64,000 nt of DNA, from contig NC_134473.1 of assembly GCF_964194025.1 (NCBI RefSeq), positions 21,824,001-21,888,000 on the forward strand, read 5' to 3'. The translations under genes were made by a program, and so were the position numbers. Origin of the DNA: Convolutriloba macropyga (lineage: Eukaryota). The notes beneath the pieces were generated by a model. It had not been told where the DNA came from. It ran no database searches and saw only the letters and a program-made list of their open reading frames with translations. Shown one piece after another: positions 37,850 through 49,524 of this stretch. Each line of letters begins with the position of its first letter. Within the stretch, counting starts at the first letter, position 1.

Positions 37850-40800
37850 TGTTTTGCCTGCTCAAACTACGATGGATCAGCAGACAGTGAAGCTGCTGAC
37901 CTACACAGAAAAGGCACATGACTTTCCAAACTGGAGCACAAGATTTGTGGCAATGATGCAGACGAAGGGACTCTGCAAATCACTACTTGGGACAGAAAAG
38001 CAACCCAATGAGCCTGAACCACTAGGCAATGAGGCGAGCAATGATGAATAGAAGAACCACAAGGTGCTGAAAGATGCATATGAGAAGGAAGTTGCAGACA
38101 TCAAGGAGAAACGGAACAATGTGTGGTGCCATCTGGCACTGACTCTAGATGCAACAACCCTCATGCTAATGAGACATGACTGTGTGAGACATGGCGACAT
38201 CGGAGATGGAGCAAAGGCTTGGAAGCTTTTGCAAGAAGCTTTTGCAAGTGTGGAGACGCTGACAGTGGTGACTTTGGTGGCATAGCTTGCTCGACTGCAG
38301 CTCAAGGATGCCGAGGATTTAGTTAGCTTCTTCATCAGAGGACAAGAGTTGCTCACCAAGCTAAAAAGAAGAAGGGGAAGCAGTCTCAGAGACCCTCTTC
38401 AACGCCTTGGTCCTCAATGATCTGCCAATGAGGTATGAAAGTTTTGAAATACAGGAAAGCTTTAACCTGGCAACGAACTTCACAGAGTTGACGAGAAAGG
38501 CTGCGGAACTTCCATGAGAGCACAGCACAGAGGCTCAAGGGACAAAGTGGTTCAGTGGCACTGGCAGTGAATCGAGACTTCATGAAGGGACCCAAGAAAG
38601 GAAACTGCTTTGTGTGTGGGATTCCCGGACATTTTGCCAAGGACTGCAGGAGGAAGGAGACAGCACAATGCAGCAAGTGTGGTGAGAAAGGTTACCAAGA
38701 CAGGGCATGCAGGAGACAAAGAGATGGAGGATAACATGAGTCAGTGGCAATGGGTCCAACATTGGCGTCACCAGACGAGGAATGCTGGGCAGCTCTTACC
38801 CAGTGGAAGACATCAGGCATGCTGGTGGACAATTGTTGTACAGATCACCTAGTGACGAACATTGATGTGTTCCTGGAATTTGTGCCCATTCAATCAGTTG
38901 TCAGAAATCCCAACGAAGAGGCTTCCAGTTTAGTGGGCAGAGGCTATGTGAAGATCAGCATACCCTCAAATAAAAGGGAATTCCAATGCCAACTCAAAAA
39001 TGTTTTGTGTGTGCCGGACTATTCTTCAAACCTCTTATCAGTCTCAAAATGCACAGAGTGGGGACATAGCTTCACATTCGAGAAAGAAAATAGCTGCATG
39101 AAACTCCAGAAGGGAATATAGTTAAAACTAACACAAGAAAATAATTTGGTTTAATTAGCCTGCAGTGTTCTAGAATTCAAGATGGGTTCCAACAGCGTGA
39201 AGATTGACGGTGCAAGGAAGTGGCACAGACAATTGAATCATTTGAATCAAGCGGATGTGGCCAGGAATGCACGGGAGACAGAGGGGAAACTCGATGATGT
39301 ATGCAATGTGTGCGCATTGGCCATGATCACAAAGACTCCAGTACCAATAGTAGCAGAGACTCAAGCAGAAGAGAAGCTGGAGAGGGTGTTCACAGACGTG
39401 ATGGGACCTAACAGAGTATTGTAACGGTCAGGGTTCCGGTTCTGCATTGTGTTTGCAGACCAGTACACGAAGTTTGTGTTTGTGGACTTGCTTAAGGCAA
39501 AGAGTGAAGAACTGGCCGGCCTGAAGAAGTTTGTTCTCATTGTGGGGACGCCCAAGAAACTGAGACAAGACAATGCAAAGGAGTTGTTCTAAGAGCAGTT
39601 CAAGATGTATTGTTTAGATGCAGGCTTTCCACAGGAGAAGACCATACCAGAGACGCCGCAACAGAATGGGTAGATAAGAGGTGCAACAGGACACTGCCGG
39701 AGACGGCAAGATGCTTGCTCATTGACCAAGCTCTTCACAAGATGATGTGGGGAGCAGCAATTCGCCAAGCAATTTGGGATGCGGGTCTTCCCAAGATGAT
39801 GTGGGGAGCAGCAAGTCGCTATGAAACAGGGATCAGGAACTTGGTTGTGAGACGAGGAGGAGATAAATGCCCAGCAGAGCTGATGCGAGGTATGAAACTT
39901 AAGTTTTCAATTAGTAAACTATCTGTTATTGGTTGCACAGTCTTCACGAGGAAACGAGACAAAGATGTCAGTAAACTTCAACCCAAGGCCCTGGAAGGAA
40001 AGTTTGTGGGTTAAACTGAAGGAGAGAACGGATACCTGGTGTACGTACCCAACGCACACAAGGTTCTTGCAGTTCGAGTTGTGATCATCAAGGAGTCCGA
40101 AGTGGGCTCAATACCTGACAACACAGAGACGCTGGACCTACTAGATGAGGGGTCACAGCAACTGGGGTCTGGCACCCAGATGATGATCATCAAGACGACG
40201 GCAACAAAGAGGAGCAGGGCACATCTACTACAATAAAAGAGGAGCGGCATTACGGAGAGAGCGTGAACACTCAAGAAACGATACTGAGACGATATGCCTC
40301 AAATGTTGAGGAAGCAGCACTGGATGAAGAATCCATGCAACAAGAGGGAGTCTCAGAGACTTGGAGTCACTGGAAGACAGTGAAACGGAGTACTTCTCAC
40401 AGACAATTCGCTCATTTGAGGAGGCACTGGACCAAGCGGACAGGGCAGAGCCAAGAGGGACACGAGCAAGGAATGTTCCGCAGTTTTTTGGAGCGATCAG
40501 GACTCATCCTGCTGTGACTGAGGGTGACTATGTGGAACCCAAAATAGTCTACGAAGCCAAGCAAGGTGACGATTGGGACCACCGGCACCGGGCAATGAAG
40601 GACGAGGTCAAGGCACTCTAAGACAACGAGACTTGGAACCTAGTGAGACCACCCACAGACAGGGACGTCAAATGGGTCTATAAAGTGAAATTGGGACCCA
40701 GTGGTCATGTGTACAAATACAAAGCACGATGAAAGGCTCCAAACAGGTGGAAGGGCTGGACTACTTTGAGACTTTTGCGCCTATCTGTAAGCCAGAGACA

Positions 40801-42165
40801 TTCAGGATTCTACTTCAACTATCAACGAAGCAGGGCCACGTGACGCACCAGTTTGATGTCAAGACGGCTTTCCTGCACTCACCAATAGAGGAGGAAGTGT
40901 ATCTGCAACAGCCACAGGAGTTTGCAAAACAAGGAGCAGATGGGGAGAAGTTAGTATGCCGACCGAATAAATCAATTTATGGTTTGAAACAGGCAGCTAA
41001 CAATTGGTATGAGGAACTGGCAAACTTCCTACTGAGACAGGGGTTCACCAGAAGCAGGAATGACCATTGCTTGTTCGCAAGAGCAGAGACAGAGGGCCAC
41101 ACCTTCATCTTTGTCTGGGTTCACGACATCATAGTGGCATCAAGAAGCATGACAGTGATCTCCTATGTCAAAAAGGCACTCGAAGCAACATTTCACATGG
41201 AAGATAGAGGGAGATTACACTGGATCTAAGAATCAGACGAGAAGAGGGTAAAGTCACAGTCGACCAAGAACGCTACATAGAAATAATGCTTGAGCGGTTT
41301 CAAACGGATCTGCAAACCCTCAAGAGCTCCAGCTGATTTTAATTTGAAATTTCAGAGAACACAGAACGGAGACGAAGAAGTGGACCAGAGGATCTACAGA
41401 AGCTTGGTTGGATCACTCCTGTATCTGGCGAAACAGACGAGGCCAGACATCATTTTCACAGTCAACATTCTTTCCAGACACATGAATACGCCTACCAATT
41501 GACACTCGATGTGCAAAAAAAAGACTTCTGCGATACCTTCGAGGTTCAAAAGGTTTAAAACTTGCTTGCACAAAAGAAGCTAGTTATTATTTAGTGGGGG
41601 AAGGTGATGCAGACTGGCACAGTTGTTCTTTCTTCATGAGAAGCAGAATATCAGGGCATGGCAGCAGCAGTTCAAGAAGAATCGTATCTGAAACAACTTC
41701 TGGAGGATTTCGGCATCCAACAGAAACATCCAATAGCAATTGGAGAAGACAACCACAGTTGTATTAAATTGTGCTAAATCTCAGTCATGCACAAGAGGGG
41801 CAAACACAGTGAGACAAAATTTCATTTCATTTGGAACAAGACGGAAGATGAGACTATTTCAATTCCATACGTTCCTACTGACAAAATAGCAGCCGATATC
41901 TTCACGAAGCCTTTACCCGTATCGAAGGTGGAAACATTCAGAACTGCTTTGGTCTACGCAATCAACTCAAATATGAGTGGGGGTTTTAGAAAATTGAACA
42001 AACTATTGCCTTAAACTTAGTGAGAATTAGAAAGAAAGTTTAACTTACCAGATTAGAAAGACAATAGCAAATTGATTTTAATCAGAGAATTTATATAAAT
42101 GAATCGTCAAGAAATGGTGCTAAGAATCAATATTCGGCTCAAATCAGTGAATCTAGATAACTAAT
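37850..42165 (+). mobile_element. Degenerate Ty1/copia LTR retrotransposon (gag-PR-IN-RT-RNaseH), 5' LTR not found
   Basis: Gag with zinc knuckle CFVCGIPGHFAKDC, protease MLVDNCCTDHL, WHRQLNH..CNVC, integrase FTDVMGP/RQDNAKE, RT FDVKTAFL/YGLKQA/WVHDII, RNase H ADIFTKPL. IN precedes RT. PPT GAGTGGGGG at 41975-41983. Many stops and frameshifts. Confidence 0.95.
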
Positions 42166-42821
42166 ATTAGAGTAAGATTATTTGATGTAAAGTCTTCCCA
42201 GCATGTATTGAATGATTATGATACCACCGGAAATGTGAACAAATTCTTAAAAAAGTATTATGCATACCATCTATGGTATCCCCTGTGACTGATTTCTGGG
42301 AAATTTGCAGCAGCAAACCATATTGGGTAACCCTTGCGACCCCCACCGTAATCATGGTGCCAAGATTAGCTTTGTATCTTGACTTTATCGCACTGATAAT
42401 ATGTATATATACAGCTGATTTTTGAGCCTTTTTTCATCCCCAAAATCAAATCACCATCTTGATCTAATAATCAGATCTCTCCTGTAAATCTCTAAATTCT
42501 ACTGTAAAATAACACACTTGTTATTCTCTCTTTTTGAGAAAATAATTTTTCTACTTAGTTATAAACGCTTTTATTCCGCTTGCGAAAACCCATAACCCAA
42601 CAATCAGCATCGGAATCCTTAACCCAATCACAAAACTTTACTGGTGACCTTCAATTTTGTTGTTTTCAAATGTAGCCACCATAATGAAACCTTCAAAATC
42701 AGATTTCATTATGTCCTTTTGCAGTATTAAACTGACAATTGCTAAGATTTTGACCAACGATACTATATTTAAGGGTTTTGTTGGATCAAATTTTATACTA
42801 TTTTTTGAAATAAGTTTTATT

Positions 42822-45338
42822 AACAAGGAGGATCCGTAATGTGCGTTCGCATATAAAGTTCCGACCCCGCTTATCCGCATCTTTGGCATAAATGTCTACC
42901 AAATGAGGGACATATAGAAAACCCCAAAAACTCATTTGAAAAAAAATTTGTTTGAACAACAAGATCGCCACCAACGCAAATAACTCTTTGAAGTTAAAAA
43001 AACGCTGCATTAGATTGATGAGATCAGCCGTTACTAATAAAGAAAACCAATTTGAACAACAGAATCAAACAACAATAACAAATATCTTTAATTTCTTCCA
43101 AAACTTTATGTCCAATTTTTTTAAAAAAAATACAGATTTATTAACAAAGTCAAAAGAGTGTCAAATAAAAATGAAAAAAAAAGGAAATAGATTTTATTGC
43201 ACTAGAAAATATATGCACCGATCCTTTATTAGGCTAGGAAACAGTTAGACAAAAAGAACGAAAAAACAGCAAAGTTAATAAGTTCTCTCATTTTTAAAAA
43301 AACAATTAATGTTTGATGCAATGAAAACCATTAGATATACAGTGAAAGTATCCCAATGTAAAATTATCACAGACAATTCTATAGGGGGGCATTAAGAGCT
43401 TTCATTATTCAATTTTTTATTCTGTTACAATAAGAACAACAAATAAAGACAACAAACAAAAATTCAATCATATCTTGCGAAAAAACGCTGTCGAAGCCGT
43501 AAAGTCATATTTTGCCTCTCAAAAAGTGTTAAATGTATTTTTCGAAAACAAAGATTTTTCAAGTTATGCAAACCATTAGCTATCATATGAAAAAGTTAAA
43601 AGGGTTTTTATATTACTCCAAAGGAAGCGGTTGAGAAATGTAATTATTCAGAATTTGTCTTACGTCTACAAAAAGAACGTCAAATAAATTCAAAAATCAA
43701 AAAGTAGTTTGTTTTTTTGCGAAAGACCTGAGTCAAAGCAAGTAAATTCATAACGAAACCTTAGATTACAAAAACTTTTACACTTGCACTTTCCCCCGAA
43801 ATCAATAATGTGTGATCTTCATTTAAGGAGAATAGGTCACAAATGGACAAAAAAGAAAAATGCCACGTTAAAAAGTGTTTTTTTATTTGTTTTTGAAAAA
43901 CCATCGTTTTCAAAGTCATGAAAGCCATCAAGATCTACACAGATCAAATTATAGTTCAATTATTCCCCTGAAAAATTCATTGAGACCTGTCGCTATCCAG
44001 AAGTTTTCATGCGGCTTTAAAGAGAAAAAAAGAACGACAGTTAAAGATAAATTTCAAAAATTCAACTAAATTCATTGAGAAGGGGTTTCGAAGCCGTTAA
44101 AACTATAATCCATGCGTTTAATGACTTCTATGTGGTCAATTGTGCCTTATTTTGAACGCCAATAATGTAATTTGTCAATTGTCAGTGATGTGATAATGTG
44201 ACAAAAGGAAAAAGAACGCGAAAGAGGGGCTAAGTTCAAAAAATTAAAAAAAAATGTGAATTCTAGTAGTATCAAAGCCAGGAAACAAAAATTTAACGCG
44301 TAAAACCTCAAAAGGAATTGAATTTCAGTTCAGTAGAAACAAAGAAGAAGCATCTTTCTTTGTTAACACTAAGCTGCAAGTTTACCAAATTAAGAGAAAA
44401 ATAGTGGCAAAGTTCAATAAGCCATTGTTTATTTAAATATCAAACATTTCTAAAGCAAAATGACAATAGTCTTTCGACAAAAGAAACTAGATATACTGAC
44501 CTGAAATTGCTCAGGAAAACCAAATGGATCTATCAACAGTGAGCTTTGATTTGAGATGTCCTTTCCTCGATTAACATTTAAAAGATCAATTTTTTTTTAA
44601 AAGACCGGCTGATTAATATTCAAATGATTTTTGGATTGTAACAGTCCAAGATTGAATCCGAACAAGCCCTGCTATTGCTGTTTGTCCATTGAAAACACTC
44701 AATTTGATCAAATTTTATATATATAGATAATTTGCTAGTTAAAACATGAAAAATAAATGCTGCGTTTTTGACAATCAATGAGTAAAGTTAGCAAAAAACG
44801 GTGAAATGTGAATTCCAGACTACTCTCAAGGGGAGTGAAATAGAAATGGCTCCTTTTGTTGTTTACAAAGATTGTGTTAATGGTTTTTGGGTGTGTACTT
44901 CCGGCAAAGTTAATTTAATTGGACTGAGCAAGCTTGTTTCGGGCAATTTTTGGTGAAAACGTCGGAATTTGAAATATTTAGCCAAAATTTTAGCCAAAAA
45001 ATTCAATCAAAATGGTCAACAATGCTTTTTGGTCTTTGGAAACAAAACCAACAGTACTATTGTTAAAAATGTTTACATATTTTAGCAAAATTGAGCAAAA
45101 ATAAAATTACTGAAAACGTGAACAAAAACAACACAATTAACTCTACTTTTCTCATAAGTTTAAAACTCGACTCGATAACTCCCCGTAAAAACGAATATAA
45201 AAAATTAATTCCGCATTCGACGCTTGACGAGCTTTCTGATGATACCAGTCTCAACTCTGTACGATCGGCCAAAATTGTCTGAACAAAAAAGCCCATTTGA
45301 GTATATAGTTCCTCCCCCCTCAAGAGGGGTCGGAACAA
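42822..45338 (-). mobile_element. Helentron/DINE-1-like repeat, copy D (apparently full length, ~2.5 kb)
   Basis: AACAAG terminus; subterminal inverted repeat GTTCCGACCCC (42858-42868) / GGGGTCGGAAC (45326-45336); hairpin CCCCT-CAAG-AGGGG; colinear with copy B. Confidence 0.7.
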
Positions 45339-45355
45339 TGATGGTTTGTGTCTAG

Positions 45356-45513
45356 GTCATGGTTCAGAGCATCTGTTAAATGGTTGCAAATTTGACGGGG
45401 AGATTCGCTTCATGTTTGCAGTGAAAGAGGGTCTCAAGAAGACCCCAGTGGACACTATACTAGCAGTAGGAATGCTCCTATCAGAGGTGGAGGAAACTGA
45501 CCCCACAGTCAAG
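45356..45513 (+). CDS. Alpha-carbonic anhydrase-like protein, exon 3 (third Zn ligand His->Arg)
   Basis: Acceptor tctag|GT, phase 1; HGSEHLLNGCKFDGEIRFMF...ILAVGMLL. Donor uncertain: AAG|gcacga (GC donor, 45513) or GAG|gtggag (45486), both phase 0. Confidence 0.88.
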
Positions 45514-46101
45514 GCACGATATCATATCACCTGTTTTATCCCCCCCTGCTGTTGAAGTCAAGAAAAAAATTAATTTGATCAAGGATTTTACTTGTCTTTT
45601 AGGCTATTTCGCATACGACAAAGACAAAACTCGAAACTCTGGCCCCAGCGTAACAATCTTTCTATGTTAATTCAGGCGGGCTGTAAATTTTTGCACCATT
45701 TTTCTGGCAAAGCTAAATTATGAAAATCCGGGGGATTTTCCACAAACATGTAAGGTAAACGGTTTAACTATAGAGTTTAAAAGTTAGCATAATCAATGCA
45801 ATTTTCTTACATAATTTTGTAGTGAAAGCAGTGAAAGTGTTAATATTGCGTAAAATCATCTACAAAACTCGGCATTAATCATTCATAATTTCAACCCATT
45901 AACCGCTATTCTTACAATTATTTTCATAAATTCTCTAGCATTGACATCTCGGGCCGACACTTTACATCAAGCTGTATGGCGAAAGTAATAGAAGATTTTT
46001 GGATGTTTTGTTCGGTTCGGAAAGCGTTGCACTTTAGCAATTAATAAAGTGCTGAGGAATGCTTAAGGTGAGAATGGTCGTGAAATAGTTTCGTGTTATA
46101 G

Positions 46102-46234
46102 ACAGTGATAGAGGAGACTTTGGGTGAGAACTTAGTCAAGATAGTGGCTTCATCAACAGAGACCATAAAGATTCCTGGAATTGACTTAGCAACTCTGCTT
46201 CCTGTCAAAAAGATTAATTATTTCCTGTATCAAG
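46102..46234 (+). CDS. Alpha-carbonic anhydrase-like protein, exon 4
   Basis: Acceptor ttatag|ACA; TVIEETLGENLVKIV...IDLATLLPVKKINYFLYQG (LLP..YxxYxG motif); donor AAG|gttaga, phase 1. Absent from the ORF track. Confidence 0.88.
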
Positions 46235-46335
46235 GTTAGAAATTTTATTGTTAACAAGGAATGTATGCTATTTTGACTAATAGCTTTGTGGGCAATATTA
46301 ATCTGAACCTATAGCCCATCTGTAACCGGAAGAGT

Positions 46336-46742
46336 CCCGGTTCTTAGTAGTCATACAACGATCTTATATCTTGTCATACAAATCATAACGTATTTCCTAG
46401 TATAGTTCTTGTCCGACTCCCTTTAGTATTTCCCTTGAATTGTTTTGTGATCCTTTGCATGACTACTAAGAAGTCATACAATTCATATATGACCTAACAT
46501 GATTTTTTAAAAAATGAAGGAAAGTTTTTTGCTCTATTGATTTTGGTAATGCCAATCATGGCTCTATTTGTTGCTGTTGAAACTCACTGTTTACTTTACT
46601 AATGTATTGCATCCAAAACAATTATTGTGATCGTTCTAGGAGCTCTAAGAAATCATACAATTCATATATGACTTTTTATAGTTACTATGAATCATATATG
46701 TCCTAATATGACTGCTAGAAATATTTATGATGAGCAACCGGG
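46336..46742. mobile_element. MITE-like element with CCCGGTT..AACCGGG ends and internal TCATACAA/TCATATATG subrepeats
   Basis: Short terminal inverted repeats at 46336 and 46736-46742, with repeated subterminal motifs. Confidence 0.5.
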
Positions 46743-47519
46743 GAACATGTTAACATGATGTACGTGACAATTGAAAAGTGAGTTTATTATCTGAATTACA
46801 GAACAGACCTAATAAACTAAACTTGAAGCTCAAAGCTCGTCTATTACACCATCTGCAAGCTGGGCTGTTTTTCAAAACCATAAATTACACACAACATTAC
46901 TCTAAACAAACTAAAAGGTTTTAAAAAATTTACGCTTGAACAAGAACTGATCTCTGGACTGTTTTCAATATTTTTTGAAAGAAGATTCGACTGACTGTAA
47001 TAGGCGACTTTTCTGTTAGATTACTGTTATTTTGAATATATTTTGTAACACGATTTCAGTGGAAACTTTTGACCTATGAGTATTCGATAAAATTTTGCTC
47101 AAAATTTTTCCTTTAATTTCTATATTCGTCATCATATTTTACACAGAAAAAGTTGGACACAAGAGATTTTGTCGGGTAAAATCTTACCTTTATAAACAAA
47201 ATTAGAAATTTCGGGAGACGTCGCATATTGTCTCAACTGGAAACTTTCAGAATTACTCCAGCCCAGCATACTTTGTTATTAGTCAATGAAAAGTGTGGTA
47301 TAGTTGTGACGCGGTGAAGACAACATGCGAATTAAAAACTATGAGCTTCGGGCTGCGATAAAAAATATACATTAGGTGTTTTCAAAGCATCTGTACTGTC
47401 AAGTAAGTGGCCCGCGCAGTGTTTTGCTTTGGTAAGTGTATTTGAGATAAACAATTAGATAGGTCACAATGAGATGTCGAGAGATACAATATGTCACATT
47501 ATAATATTTTAGTCAAAAG

Positions 47520-49074
47520 TATAGCTGAAAGACTCAGTCTATCGGAGCATTGTTTAATTCAACAAGTATAGTAGGTCAAGTAGGCAATTGTCGTAACGAT
47601 AAGGCAGACAACAGTATCAAACGCGTCAAATAACATCTTTTGACAGGTCCTAGTCTAAGATCAATCACCGAAATTTTTTTGAAACCTAAAAAGATTAACC
47701 TAAAGCGAGCGCAATCGACTTAGTACATTAGAAGGTTTCACGAACTTTATGATATTTGCATTTTTTCTGAGTGTTCTACGTATATTACAGCAGATCTAAT
47801 GTGTATTTACAATTTTTTCGTCTGGCTAAGAATTGACGTAACAAATCTTTCTCTCTGGATAGATAGCTTCAAGTCGCTTGTTCATTTTATTTTTCGTAGC
47901 TCTTTTATTTACTCAGTAACAGCCTCCAGCCCGGAAGAAGATGTTAGAAGGTTTGGTACAAGCTTAACAAGCAGGAGGACGAGCGGTTCGGACGACGTGC
48001 AGAGCGGGCGACGCTGTCGGAACCGTATCGGAGCTCATCAATTCGAGCAGTAAGATAGTAACCCCTAGGGTTGCTTTCTTCAACTATCTAAACTAATTCA
48101 ACGACCTTGAAGTGCTGCTGAGCGGACGACTCTCAGTTAGATCTACGGTTCAGAGCAGGTACATACTCTTTAAGTTAACGTGCCCAAATTGCATTGGTGA
48201 AAATCTGCGCACGAGTGTACCGCTTACAATGATCGAATTCGACAACGCCATTGACGGAAATCTGGTTGCTTGGTTAACAACCAGAGAATTATTGGCTGTT
48301 ATTGCCCCCAGGTTGAACTGGTCGGGGCATACAAGCACTAATGGATATTCGTCTAGTGCATATTCCACCAGACAAAAATTAGCGTTCACAACAACATTTG
48401 TGAGGCGACGTGTACCGAGGATGCTATAAAGTACTCTCTTAAAACTACCGATCAACATCTCCCAGATGCCACCTTGGTGTGGCGCACTGTTTGGATTCAA
48501 CCTCCACTTAATGCTGTTATGCGCAAAGTCAGCGGCGATGTTGGATTGTTCGAATTTTTCACTACATTCACGGAGCTCTCTTTACTACTCACAACTTCTT
48601 GCCACGCTCCCCAGTCGACTCCAACGCCAATAGCATAGTTAATATTTCTTTGTAATTACTTAAGTTGAGAGTCAGGGGCGTAGATGGTTACATTAAACAG
48701 CAACCTTGCCGTTAACCATGCCAGAATGTAGCTGAAAACTCAGTCTATCGGAGCCTTGTTTAATTCAACAAGTACAGTTGGTCAAGTTGGCAACTGTCGT
48801 AACGGTAAGGGCAGCCAACTGTATCAAAGGCATCAAGTAAAATATTAAGCCTAAATCGAGGGCAATCGATTAAGTATATTAGTAGGTTCAACGAAAATTA
48901 TGATATATGCACATTTTTTCTGAGCTTTCTTCGTATATTCGAGCCTATTTTATGTTTATTTAAACTTTTCTCGTGTGGCTAAGAAATGAAGTAATAAAAA
49001 ATTCTCGCTAGATAGATAGTTTTAAATCGATTGTTCTTTTCTTTTCTCGCTGCTCTTTTCATTACTCAGTAACA
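47520..49074 (-). mobile_element. Internally deleted BEL/Pao LTR retrotransposon with two LTRs and a 5-bp TSD
   Basis: Direct repeats 47520-47921 and 48727-49074 (T[G/A]TAGCTG...CAGTAACA), flanked on both sides by AAAAG. The - strand interior encodes NPNSAPHQGGIWEMLIGSFKR, the BEL/Pao integrase motif. Confidence 0.9.
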
Positions 49075-49339
49075 AAAAGTTCTCAAAACATTTTCTCATT
49101 ACAAAACGAAAAGGCAATCACAATTATTTAAAAGAGCTCAATTTGTTCTTGATTCATCCAACATCATTTTAATTACCAAGAAAATTCAGTATATCTGCTG
49201 TAAATGATGTAGTATATCTAAAAATTCCCAAAAAAACTCAATTTTCCTATAATTTTTTTTTTTGGAGGGGAGGGGGGTCTCAGAATTATTCGAAAAACTT
49301 TGATAAATGATTTAAAAAGTAATAATTGCGCTGATTTAG

Positions 49340-49524
49340 GTTCTCTAACGACACCTCCCTTCTCTGAAGATGTAGTGCACATTGTGCTGGAGAAACCAGT
49401 GGAAATTTCCAGTGAGTTTATGGTCAAATTGAGAGGTCTGGATGGGTGCGATGGGCAAAAACTGACATTCAACTACAGGAGTATCCAGCCAATATGCGGA
49501 AGAAAAGTGACAAAAGCCAAGTAG
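49340..49524 (+). CDS. Alpha-carbonic anhydrase-like protein, exon 5 (terminal)
   Basis: Acceptor atttag|GT, phase 1; GSLTTPPFSEDVVHIVLEKPVEIS...NYRSIQPICGRKV; stop TAG. The five exons total 825 nt (274 aa). Confidence 0.93.

Noticed and set aside
37901-40274. Minus-strand ORFs overlapping the copia element
   Set aside because: Antisense shadows of gag-pol with no independent signal.
42170-42400. Possible LINE fragment on the - strand after the copia LTR
   Set aside because: Motif match too weak.
45311-45356. Canonical Helitron 3' end (hairpin plus CTAG) forming the splice acceptor
   Set aside because: CTAG is followed by G rather than T, and the homologous end at 10372 shows the element stops before it.
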